Assembly: GCA_003990765.1 (NCBI GenBank)
Contig: RBNJ01000203.1
Coordinates: forward strand, 1 to 36,718
Direction of reading: 5' to 3'
From: Jimgerdemannia flammicorona
Taxonomy: Eukaryota
DNA: 36,718 nucleotides
Shown: piece after piece, positions 23,254 to 34,296 of the stretch
Layout of the letters: the number at the start of each line of letters is the position of its first letter
Position numbering within the stretch: position 1 is the stretch's first letter
Notes under the pieces: generated by a model
What the model was told of the DNA's origin: nothing
What the model saw: the letters and a program-made list of their open reading frames with translations, nothing else
Database searches by the model: none
Made by a program: the position numbers and the translations under genes

Positions 23254-24066
23254 ATGTTCGAAGGCATGCCGATCACCATAATGTACCAGTCCAACACCCC
23301 CACAACGAGCAATATACCTTCGGTTCTCCCTCCTAACGACGACACCTTCGTCTTTGTCAACGACGGTTTCCCCAAACCAAGCAACAACCCCAACCTCTCA
23401 AACTCCTCCGTATCAACGAGCTTGCTACACGACGGCACGACATCGCCTCCAACCAAGCCGACTCGCAGGAGCGGCAAAAAAAAATCTGGGAAAGCGCCTC
23501 GCCCGCAAAACGCATTCATGATTTACCGGCGCGAGAAGCATTCGGCCGTCGTCGCTGAGAACAAGGACCTGCACAACAAGGAAGTATCACGCATCGTCGG
23601 CCGATATTGGCGGGCGGAATCCGAAGAAGTGCGGCGCTCGTACGAACGGAAGGCAGATTTCGCAAAGCTTGAACACCTAGTCAAATATCCCGGGTACAAG
23701 TACGAGCCGAAAAAGTCGCGAAAGCCTTTGAAGAAGAAGTCTACGAAGCTGCCAACACCTGCTGTGCCCACAGAAGTTGACTCGAATTCAGTCATCACAC
23801 TTCTGCCACCCGGTTGGAACCCCCAGAACATCGAGCGTGGAGGGGCTCCATTGCAAGAAAGCGCAGCGGGTTTACCGGTTCCAGACAATATTTTCACTTT
23901 CGTTGACAATAGTCCTGTTAATGACAACCTCTTTACATGTATTGATAATCTTGGACCGCACGTCGATTTTCTTGAAAATCGATTTTTGGAGGAAATTTTC
24001 GGTACTGAGTTCGTGGAATCGGAATTGGGATATTTGTCAACCTTTAGCCCCTCCCATGAACTTTAA
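23254..24066 (+). CDS. MATA-class HMG-box transcription factor (SexM/SexP/MAT1-2-1/Ste11-like), intronless, 270 aa
   Basis: Clear HMG box KAPRPQNAFMIYRREKHSAVVAENKDLHNKEVSRIVGRYWRAESEEVRRSYERKADFAKLEHLVKYPGYKYEPKK, with a S/P/N-rich N-terminus, a basic tail and an acidic/aromatic C-terminus. AATAAA follows at about 24184. Confidence 0.93.
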   Translation: MFEGMPITIMYQSNTPTTSNIPSVLPPNDDTFVFVNDGFPKPSNNPNLSNSSVSTSLLHDGTTSPPTKPTRRSGKKKSGKAPRPQNAFMIYRREKHSAVVAENKDLHNKEVSRIVGRYWRAESEEVRRSYERKADFAKLEHLVKYPGYKYEPKKSRKPLKKKSTKLPTPAVPTEVDSNSVITLLPPGWNPQNIERGGAPLQESAAGLPVPDNIFTFVDNSPVNDNLFTCIDNLGPHVDFLENRFLEEIFGTEFVESELGYLSTFSPSHEL

Positions 24067-24686
24067 TTGTTCGTGTCACTTTTCTCATGCACATGCGCCT
24101 ACAAATTTGGTAGTTTGCCGCCTCGGCTTTATACGTAAATGCTCTTACGGCATCTGTTGAGAGCCATACATCAATGTAAATAGAATAAAGCGGGTGCACA
24201 ACATTTGACTATCAGGATGTCCTACCCTCGACTCCGCTTGCATGTATATTGGTCCCAATTTGATAATGTGAGAGTTCTGCATGCGTACTTATTTGCTCAT
24301 GCAATCCGGTACCTTAAACCATAGCGTATTCGTCTTAAATATGAGGCGCATATCAACTTAAAATTTATATCGCAACCGGGGCGCGTGGCAGCAATTTGGA
24401 GCACGGGCCATGACTCCGACCTACGGTTCGTTCACAACGAAAGTCGTACCAATTAGTCGCGTCACAAGTCGCATGGCCACCTAGCAATGGCATTACATTC
24501 GTTGTTACTGATAGCAATTTCGTTCATATGCCACCCGAAATTTGTTTCCGCGGCATGCTTATTGATATTTCCCATCTGGTTTCCATTCCCCCCAATTCAT
24601 ATCATTCTCTTGGCTAGAGGTCTGTGGGTACTTTTTTGAAGCGTAGTACAGACATTAGATCGCCGTAGTATGATTTAGGAAGAATA

Positions 24687-25561
24687 TCATTTACCTAAAT
24701 AAGCGAAGCTGACAGCCATCAAATGGGCCTGATAACGCCAAATGCAAACTAAAAAACTCCATTGAGAATAAGCGTCCTGACATAATTTTTTGTCGAAAGC
24801 CTTCGGACAGACAACGAATTGTTGTGTAGGCAGGCGATAAAAGGCGTAGTCATGCGGATGTTTACAATATAATTCTACCGTCACTAAAAACAGTGGTTCA
24901 CTGTTCAAATGACTACAAACGTCTGAACGATACTGCCAATAGAGCAGCGGTCTGAGCAATGAAAATGAGCCAATATGGCAGGGATGTATATACAAATGAG
25001 ATGGTTTCAGCTTCCAGTGACGCTAACAGTATGGCGTAAACTCGAAAGATTTTTTATAAGAACAATTCGGTCTTTACGAGAGTAGAATTAGGTTATGGGT
25101 CACAAGGTAACATTTGTCGACGTGAAAGAGATTGAAACAACCACACAATCACAAGACTAACAAACATTAAAGCTCCACGCAACTTTCAAAACGTTAAACC
25201 CCATGCAGCCTTCAACCCATCTCGAAATAAGGACACCCATCGCGCCTTTTACTTTGAATATGGCATCTTCCATGCCGTTTCTGCCCCATTCAGATGAACG
25301 GTGAGGTCCAAAAGGTCTTTCCGCTATGGCCATGAGGTCTGTAATGAGTGGTAGAAAGATTTCCTCCATGCGTAGTTAGGAAGCTCTAAGTATGCTAGGG
25401 GCCAAGCCATCTCCTGCCAAATGTGAAAGGACGCGTGTATTTTGATTGCCGCTTAATTCTTTACTGGAAATAAAACCCGAGGTCAATCTGGTATGATTCG
25501 ATGTGCGCTTGTGTATCTCTCCCGTCTCTGAACTTCGCATCGAAACTATCAACAACCTCAC
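24687..25561 (-). pseudogene. Degenerate gene of unknown family
   Basis: ORFs 25376-25561 and 25157-25369 are in the same frame, separated by one stop. A GTTTGT donor-like site follows, then another protein-like segment at 24687-24995. Confidence 0.3.
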
Positions 25562-26053
25562 ATAAGCGGTAAACTCACCACTAGCTTATCAAACCCCAAA
25601 CCAAATATAGAAACGGCGTTCCGTTGGAAGAGAAATAAGAAATTTACTAAAAGAAGGCATGAATAGCCTTGACTTATCATGTAATTTGAACTTAAAGAGG
25701 TCGAGGATGGGTTGTAGGCGCGTGTATGGAGAGAAATTTCGTGCTACATGAATACAATGAAAATATTTCCATATGCACTCTGTTAGCAAAGTATAATTAT
25801 ATATAATTACTATGCATAAGTAAAAAAAAAAAAAAAAAAAAAAAATGAAAGAAAGAAAAAGAAGAGACAGAACTTGTCTCAAGCATGAACGAGCTCATTA
25901 AACAATATTTATAAATTTTGAAACGTCTCTGTTAGCACTTTGTCAATATTCGACTATCTGTAACTAAGGCTACGTGTACCATCCCATGATAATGAAAATG
26001 CATTCAAAGCTACATGACAATAACGGTGTCCGAAAATGTGGGAAGAAAGCATA

Positions 26054-26433
26054 TAAGGGCCCTATCCGAACAAGGACCAAACTCCTTGATGCTCATCCGA
26101 ACCCAATCGAAGCCAATTCGAAGTCAATCCGAAAGCAATCCGAAAGCAATCCGAAAGCTACCCGAAAGCTACCCGAAAGCTACCCGAAAGCTACCCGATA
26201 TCATTCATTGACAATCAGCCGCTGCTAGGTGTCACTTAAACGACGTTTAGCCACCGATATCGAGCAACAATTAGTCACCGGTGGCTAATCATCACCCAGT
26301 AATGAATGATTTCAGATTGCTTCGGATTTGCTTCGAATTGGCTTCGGATTGACTTCGGATTGCCTTTCGGCTGCCTTCTGGCTGACTTTGGGTTGCAATT
26401 AAAAGGATTGGGTCACGACCATTCAGGGCTTTA
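26054..26433. mobile_element. Foldback/MITE-like element with arms built of about 11-bp subrepeats
   Basis: The left arm has tandem CCGAAAGC(AAT/TAC) and CGAAGYCAAT units (about 26097-26198); the right arm has their reverse complements (about 26311-26395). Nested inverted pairs are TCATTCATT 26201 / AATGAATGA 26301 and TTAGCCACCG 26247 / CGGTGGCTAA 26279. The ends are TAAGGGCCCT...AGGGCTTTA. Confidence 0.6.
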
Positions 26434-26943
26434 GTAGAAGGTGGATTATTTATTACAGTAGGTCACATGAACACAACATATTTTAAAAAAAAAAAAAAAA
26501 AATTTTCCCTTTGATAACGATAAAAATTAAACGATGATATTTTCCGACATGGCGTATTAATAAAAATAAAAGTTGAAAGAGTAAGTGATCAAAATGACAA
26601 AAGCAAATATCCTCATAGTGCATAGTGTAGAAGTGGAGTACTCAACCCCCCCCCCCCCCAAAAAAAAAAAAAAAAAAAATGGCTTCGTTAGTCTGGATTT
26701 TGTGCTGTTTTCGTCTTGGACGATGAAAGCTGTTTCGACCGCCAATTTGTATTCGCATTGCCATTACGGCGTATCCGCGAGGATTCAACGGCAGAGCTAA
26801 GATGCTAATGCTAACAATCGCGTGCCGGTTGACCGACGCCTCGGAGGATAATTTTGGGTTGTAGTCTGCCTTCTCCAGCAAGGCATGATATCCGTATGAC
26901 GCAGGCGGCTCGGAAGGTATGTGTAGACCGAAATGCGCCGATC

Positions 26944-27564
26944 AGTTGAATTCACGATAAACATCGACTCAAAGGTTGTTTATAAAATTTTTGCACTGCG
27001 TTGAGTATGTCATAATGGCAGCTGAAGTTTAAGTTTTTGGCACAGACGCCTCATTTTGCAACCCATTTTTCAAAAGGCATGCGTGTCTCGTTTGTCTTTG
27101 TGGCAGTTCAATCAACGATCTCTTCCTCGCGGACGTCGGCCGGAACTCGGATGCCTTCCGTTTCGAAGAATGGCAAAAATTCGTCTCTACATTGCTGCCA
27201 GAATTACATTTCGAATCATGCCACGTTTGATAGAATGATACGAACTTTCAAGGCAACAAAGCATCAAGACGCCGCGGATTTCCTTCGATCAAACTTCCTA
27301 GGAGTTTGCGGCGTCTTTAAGAAATTCAGCAATGATGAAGACCGAAGATTAGCCACGTTTCTTGCTGCCCATGGTGTCAAAATGTCCTCTCCTCTGATAG
27401 ACGTGGTGATTCGGCAATGTGTCATTCCGGAGGTATACCCGGACGCCCCCATAACCCCAGTCCCCAATGCGAAATATCCCGCGTCAACCCATGGACACTC
27501 CGAAGGTCTTAAAAGAAGCTCTCCAATTTTTCAACAAAACCCTCATGAAATTGGCGCCTAGTCG
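26944..27564 (+). pseudogene. Crinkler (CRN)-like gene relic, region C-terminal to the NTPase domain
   Basis: Joined across an intron (GTATGT about 27005 to AAG about 27077) and two frameshifts: EFTINIDSKVVYKIF / HACLVCLCGSSIND...FEEWQKF / HATFDRMIRTF...DFLRSNFLG...LATFLAAHGV-KMSSPLIDVVIRQCVIPEVYPDAPITPVP / MDTPKVLKEALQFFNKTLM. From memory this follows the motif order of AM-fungal crinkler-family proteins (GHAGLVCLCG; LAEFLTAEGVL; FKMSSPLVD.LIR..VIP). Confidence 0.6.
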
Positions 27565-27908
27565 CTAATATATATTTTCGATTGTCAATGTGAGAACTTT
27601 TGCCGTTTAAGATTTGAGCATTTTAGCTCTGACTTTCAGAGAAGCTAAGGAAACGTTCTCCGTTTATTGTTGAAATATTCGATAGCTTGTCGGCGCTTCA
27701 TCCCGCAAGGCGCCATCCAAACCTATCCCATTCTTCTCTTCCAACTCCATTTCTCCTCGATCGGACCGACCCAGTACATTGCAAGGCCCAGCCAAAAGCG
27801 CGCACATCATCACACTGGTATTCCCCTTCTACTACGCTAATAGTCTCCAACCCCTACTCCATCGGCGCCCTCCAACAAATCCCTGTGTGCCGCAGGACCA
27901 ACAGCTGC

Positions 27909-30386
27909 TTAGTTACCGCTTTCAGTCACAGTACCCTCCTCCGCCCTGTCTTTGGCTTCTGAAGCTCTGAGTCTTCCGTTTAGCAACTTCGAGATGGTTG
28001 CCAAATCTTCGGCCGTTGGGTTGAGCGGCATGTCGTCCTCCTCTGACTCGTTAATATCGTCGAACCGGTACCTTTCGATCTTGCGCGCACCAGGCCCGCG
28101 CTCGTACCACGTAATGCAAACCAACACGGGAAAGAAGACCACGGAGGTAAACCAGAGGTGAAGCGTACGGTAGGCGGACAAGGAGAGGAACGGACGAAAG
28201 GGAAGGATGACAACCAAGCCGACTATATTGAAGGGCGCAGGATAGTAATAACGCTGTTCCAAGAGATCGAGTGTTTTAAGAGTGAAGCTTGCGAGGTATT
28301 CGGCCTACAAATACGGAGAGAATGAGCGATGAGAAATCGGTGTTAGGAATTGACGTGGTGTCGATAATTATGGTTTTGAAGCGAAGAATAGCTTTACGCA
28401 CACCAGATCGATCGACCACGTTTTGAAACGATGCGGCGAAGAAGGAAAACAGGATAGTCTGCAATATAATGACTGTAATGAAGATATAAAAGCCGAAGAG
28501 GATCTGACCAAGAACGGGGTGGAACTCGGCGGCCGCCTCGAAATCGGGGTCGCTTCAGCGTGTGATAGTGTGAGAGAGCATTCGTGAATCCATAATTATA
28601 TTTCACCTCTTATTAACGGACTGACCCAATCCGAAACCCTAATAAATTAATACATTAAATCAACTTACGTCAAATAGCCCGTAAGCAATAGCTTCAGGAT
28701 CTTGATAAAGTCGTCGCCCGCCACTTCTGGCCGGAGTGCCAGAAACGCCTGGATGAAGCCGACGAGGACCCAAAAGAGGAGCAGAAAAAAGATGATTCCA
28801 TCCTTGAACATTGCCTGGAGGATGATATAATACGTGCCGAAATAGCGCATCCAATCAAGCACGGAAAGGAGGCGCATCCAGAGGAAGATGGCGAGCGTGG
28901 AGAGCAGATCGAGGGCGATGTTGTTGAGCTTGAGCTTAAAGGTTTTATCGTCCTCATTGTCGTCGACGATCGTGAAGGCGTAAACGCGGAGGGTGAGGAT
29001 GACGATGAATATGAGGTAGATGAGACATGAAACCCAGCTCCACAATGAGTAGAAGTAGCGGATGCGGTCTGTCCAAATCTGGGGAAGAAGCAGGAACAGG
29101 ATGGAATGAGAGGGTAGTTTACACAAGCGGGGTAAAGAAGTAGCTTGACAATATGAGGGAAGCAAGATCACCTGTCGTATTTCATCAATAATGTATCCAG
29201 CCGCCCAGAAGTACATTACCCATTCCAGCGGGGTCGGCTCATATGTGTTTTCAAAGTTCACCACAAATGTGTAGACTAACAAAAAGCCGACCGACAAGAC
29301 CACTTCAATGACGTTCGCGTACCTAAATGATTCGATTGGATACAAACAGAAGTAATGAACATAAGAAACGGGTTTTATAGGCTTGTCCGTTGTTACAAAT
29401 AAGATCTTCCCCACACAGGAAGAGAAGTGTAACAAGACAATCGACACACGATTAACGTACTTTGGCACGACCAATCGATCCGCACTGACGAGCCGTCGAG
29501 GTACACCATCATCATTACCCTGTTCATTGAAATGGAAGCGGAAACGTTTGCCATCCTCGATAGGGACGATTGCGCCGTTCCAGAGGCCCTGGTTGGGAAT
29601 CAACATCAAGGCAGACATAAGGGTGTGGCGAGCTAAAAAAAAGGATGCGGCAGTCGCGTGGTAGGAAAACTGGGAATACCTCGACACATCTCGAAACTTC
29701 CGGATCCGAAAGGAAGAGCGTCGCATGGAGATCTAAGGCAAGCTCGATCACTAGAGAAAAAAAAACATTCATGGGCCAGAACGTTGAGTATACTATTTGT
29801 GTGGACTAGACTGAAAACCGGAACAGAAACCTCACCGTTCTTGGGACGCCTGTCACGACTCAAGCGCTTCTTCAGCAAGACCTCGGTGAACAGATCAAGT
29901 CGACGACTGTACTTGCTGACGCTACATCATTCCGGCGGCAAAATAACGATCAGTTAGCGCGTTTCTTTATCAGGCAAAATTTCGCACAACCAAACCGAAA
30001 AATTCAAATAAAAACAACAGGCGCGCCACTCACAAACGCATAGCCAAAACCTCGGCGCATAGAGCGCGGTTGTCAAACACATTGTTCCACTGCGGGTACT
30101 CGTCTCTAATCTCCTGGAATTGCTGCGTGCACCTGAGAGCGCAAAAGGCGACACTGTCCTTGTCGACGCATATATTGATCGCATCCTCGAGGAACTGGTC
30201 GGTCACCACAGACGAATTGCGTGACAGGATATCGGAGTCTTCCGTCTTGTGCGTGACGTTGAGGATGATATAGTTGCGGAGGTTGCGAATGCTGTTGGTC
30301 AGGTCTGTATCGAGAACCGTGTTCGTGTGGTGATGATCGATTGACGGCAGGAGCGGGGTTCGCTCACGGCTGTTTGAGGAACTCAT
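27909..30386 (-). CDS. YVC1: TRP cation channel, Yvc1/TRPY1-like, about 8 exons
   Basis: ATG at 30386 (MSSSNSRERTPLL). Conserved blocks: NRALCAEVLAMR; IELALDLHATLFLSDPEVSRCVEGLWNGAI; RLVVPKY; PLEWVMYFWAAGYIIDE; LWMRLLSVLDWMRYFG; FFLLLFWVLVGFIQAFLAL; FHPVLGQILFGFYIFITVIILQTILFSFF; YPAPFNIV. Canonical GT-AG introns, e.g. 29460-29323 and 29171-29079. Stop at 27909. Confidence 0.9.
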
Positions 30387-30899
30387 GGTTTGGGGGAAGA
30401 AGAAGGGCCAACCAAGTACTTTAAGTCTCGTGTCATGTTCGCGTCCATGGCCCCATGGGAGCCATCCCAAAAGGAGATTATCATCACACCCAATCGGGCG
30501 AAAGGGACACAAGCTTCAGCCAGATTATAATTACGGGGAGACCCTTATATATAACTAATCGGGACACATTCAAGCCCAAGACGTCGACCGCTGCGCTTAC
30601 TTTGGTACTCACCGTTGATGCTGACACCTCCCAACCAACTAATTATATTATACGTTAATCCCGATGGCAGACCAACTAAGAATTCCGTTACCAACTGCGC
30701 CACAAATTCCCACCATTGACGATTTTGGAGTCGGATCCTTAAACATGGTTTCGAACGAAGGTTCCATGGATTTTGGATTTCGGATTTCGCAGATCCGCTA
30801 ACCTGAATCTACGAGGTATGTGTTACATCATTTGCATTCACCTGTTTGGCGTTCTGGCTGATAATCGCGCACTCATATACAATTTGTGTGTTCTTCTGT

Positions 30900-31863
30900 A
30901 GTAATTGGCATTGGGGATGTGGGAATTGGCGCATAGCCGAAATCTCCATTACAAGGAGTAGTGTTTCGCCAAAATGGGATGACGACCTTTACGATGACTT
31001 TTTGTCGGACGACGAGAATCACGAAACGGTCGACGGTTATGTAAAGGAATCCCCGACCTCTCGAGTCGAAAATGTCATTACGGCCCTCAAGGGAGATGTG
31101 CCGTATGAGGACATGTCTACGGAGAAATTCTCGCTTTGGCCTTCGCGACCGTGATTAAGACTGTTTGTAATAGCCTCAAAGCAATGACGAGTGAAGACCC
31201 TGAAGGCGCTGAACCACTTTGGGTATTTTTACGAGCATCCAACCGTTCCAGAGTTCCTGGAGTGTGGGGTTTTGTGCAAGGAGAATTAACAATGTTTGCG
31301 CGGGATGCCAACATTATCGATACCCTCTTCTACCTCGTCATATAATAGAATAGAAAAGCTTTTATTACAGTATTCCCATATATATATTGTTGCGGTAAGT
31401 AAGTGCAATGGTGGCAGCGCCCACCAACTATTTCACATACAGAATGGAATAACATCAAACAATCTGTTGAGGGCTAGCGGACTGCAGCTTGAACCGGAGA
31501 CGTTCAGCACGCCATCCCTCCCACCTTTCCTTTCGCTCATTACATTCATCTCCACCGGTAACTGTCTCGTAATCGTGTCTATGACGCCATCAGAATCGAC
31601 CGCCGAGTCGAGATGACGCATGGTTTGGTGTTGCGTGCGCGCTAGAAGACCCCAGCGCCCGTTTGCCTCCGACTCGCCGATGTATATACATGTTCAAGAG
31701 CTTAGGGCCTTTGATCAAGAAATTAAATGATTCGCAAGGAGGGTTTTGCTTGTACCCGGAGGACGATACCTGGATGGGACACATGCCCTACAAACATCGG
31801 TCACCTCGTATATCATCTCCAATAACTATTCTGGATGTTCCAGCGGTAGCTGAATCGACCTAA
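30900..31863 (+). pseudogene. Degenerate gene of unknown family
   Basis: Protein-like blocks (KWDDDLYDDFLSDDENHE...VENVITALKG; FATVIKTVCNSLK...PLWVFLRAS...IIDTLFYLVI; CIYMFKSLGPLIKKLN) joined by a frameshift (about 31140) and stops. Confidence 0.35.
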
Positions 31864-32704
31864 AATATTATCCTTAACGCCGCGGGTCCATTCACGCCAT
31901 CTCACGCCATGTTCGGGATTTGGTGCGCCAATCAACACCGTTCGATGCCCGCATTGAGCATAGTCACCCACATGCAGCACCGACGACGCAATAACTAGCG
32001 GGTGCTCTGACATATCGACGCGATGTATGGATAGGCCATTCAACTCAAATAGCCGCTGATCGAAGGAAGTGAAAACAAAGCAAAGATAGAGTTTAATACA
32101 GTAATGTATTTATTTATTTATTTAATGAAGGGGGGTCACACGCAAAATGACAAGCCCTTAGTAATCCTTTCATGGTGGGAGGCAGCGAATGTCTGACGAC
32201 ATCTTTTGGGTGGTGAACAATTCCCTCATCTTTACGCCTTGGATGAATGCAAAAACCAATGGCGACTCCATGGGGTGTTATATAAACATAAAACGAATAT
32301 GATGCATGAAAACGTCAAGATTTTCACCATTTGGCACCAAATTGAAAAATGATAAGTAACCTGACAATCAGAACACAAATTGATTCATTTGTTTATATCA
32401 AGTGTAGAATAACTTTTTGCGTACATGTGCATAGTAGTGCATTATCCAGATAGCAACTAAAAATTTTCATAGAGGCATGCGATGAAGAACTATAGATGCT
32501 ATTTGTATGCAAAATGGATCTGGCAATTTTTGTATACACTTCCTCCGATTTGCCTTCTAACTACGCTTATACCAAAATCACCTATTCTCCTTCGCATATC
32601 ATCTGATCAGTAAACATCGAGCACCATCGAAGCAAAATAACCAAGATACCGCCACGTTTACCAGACCACTATGTATTATTACCCGCCGAAAGGCCTCGCC
32701 TACC

Positions 32705-33190
32705 TCACTCATCCAACATTTTCTTCTCGCACATTTGCCACGTGCGGCCATTCCCCATTTCCCTCGCGACTTGCTTCCACACATCTCTAAACCTATCCGC
32801 GTTTTTTTGCACGACCTCCTTCAGCATCTGCGTCTCCGATTCTGTCCAAGGCCCGCTCTGAATTTGTCGTTTGTCCCATCGGCGCATGCAAGCCTTGGCG
32901 CTCCGCCGCGGGAGTTCCGAAGCGATCTCGGTCCACAAAAAACCATCGGCCCGAAGACGGGCCAAAGTGGCATCCTCTTCAAAGGTCCAAGGAGCCTTGC
33001 TACTGGTGAATCCTTTTCGAGTTTCACCTTGGGCTCGAGTTTCACCTTGGGCATTTTGTTCTGGTGGGTATTTGTGCGACAATGTGAATTTTTGGAGGTC
33101 GTCTGAGTTGTAACTGATGTAAGGGAGCAGAAGGAAGCGTAGATTCTCTCGAATTGAACGTATGTTATGATAATCAATCATTGATATCAC
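32705..33190 (-). CDS. Small Myb/SANT-domain protein with two repeats; 5' end uncertain
   Basis: Repeats PWTFEEDATLARLRADGFLWTEIASELPRRSAKACMRRW and GPWTESETQMLKEVVQKNADRFRDVWKQVAREMGNGRTWQMCEKK show Myb tryptophan spacing. The true start or upstream exon is unresolved. Confidence 0.8.
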   Translation of the reverse strand: MISMIDYHNIRSIRENLRFLLLPYISYNSDDLQKFTLSHKYPPEQNAQGETRAQGETRKGFTSSKAPWTFEEDATLARLRADGFLWTEIASELPRRSAKACMRRWDKRQIQSGPWTESETQMLKEVVQKNADRFRDVWKQVAREMGNGRTWQMCEKKMLDE

Positions 33191-34296
33191 CGATGTCGTA
33201 ATGTTCTCTAATCATGATGAGAACCAAGTTTGTCGGACATTGTCCCCGTTTCGAGTTTCGTTTGACAACTTGAACTAAGCAGTGCAATACATATATCGTA
33301 AATTCTGATAATGCTACGACGAGCGCACGATTTACGTCATTTTGCACCAGCTGGCGAAATGCCTGGGACGCCACGTTACATTTTTCAAAATCTAATGAGC
33401 AAGAGCGTGATGGTTCGGCTTTTCATATGTGAGTGAATCTGAGCGGGGTACGCGTGTCCAACTTAGTTTCTGGGACCAAACACCCATTCCAACTGATTAA
33501 GCGAAATAAGGTATACATATTAAGAACTGGATTGTGGGTACTTGTGATGATGACACATGATTCATATGTCAAAATATATAGCTTCTGCTAGCCCGCTGCG
33601 GTGAAGCAGCCTTGAGGTGCAAACGAAGAATAACATACTCATGTTACCATTTATCAGAAATCCTGGCCCATGTGTCATTTATAGAACACTTGCGCGAGCA
33701 TCCAGTCGCGTATTTAGCAATGTATGAATATGAACGATTCCTGAATTAAGAAAATTTAATGGATCTCTACGACCTCCTTTTTGAATGCACTACGGGACGA
33801 AATTCACTGTCTGTCGCTTACGTCAGAGTGCGCTTTAACGGTGTGCTCAGGGTTTCCCGCGAGATGTTGCACTGGGCCCGTGGTAGATACATATGAAAGT
33901 TGCGAACAGGAGCCCGGTTGTTTTAGCCGCGTGATGCCGGCGTGCTGTTGATATGAACTATGGACTACAACATGCCCTTGTTCCGTATCTGCGCTGCATT
34001 GAATACATACAAATTAGTTATCCATTTGGAACAATCCCACAGACCCCGACAAACATGACGTGTGTGAACGGTGACGCGAAGAACATACGCATAACGTTAA
34101 AGATGGGCGACCCCCTCTGATAAATGAAGAATGCCGACTGGCTGGTATGTTTTTAAGTGGATGTACGATCACAATTTGACGATATCTCTCAGATGAGATT
34201 CTATTTCTTAATATTTCAGGACGCAATGCACATTTTCCTGCAATAGTTTATTGGACATAGGTGATGTCATCACAAACGGTTGAGATGAAATTTTCA

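Noticed and set aside
25974..26228. ORFs containing repeated PKAT/ESYP peptides
   Set aside because: They are translations of the 11-bp subrepeats of the foldback element.
28665..29726. The 353-aa ORF as a stand-alone gene
   Set aside because: It is the middle of the spliced TRP gene read through introns; the true start is at 30386 and the stop at 27909.
30715..30810. GGATTT(T/C) repeats ending in GATCCGCTAACCTG, like one end of a DNA transposon
   Set aside because: No matching opposite terminus was found in the window, and the match is too short to call.
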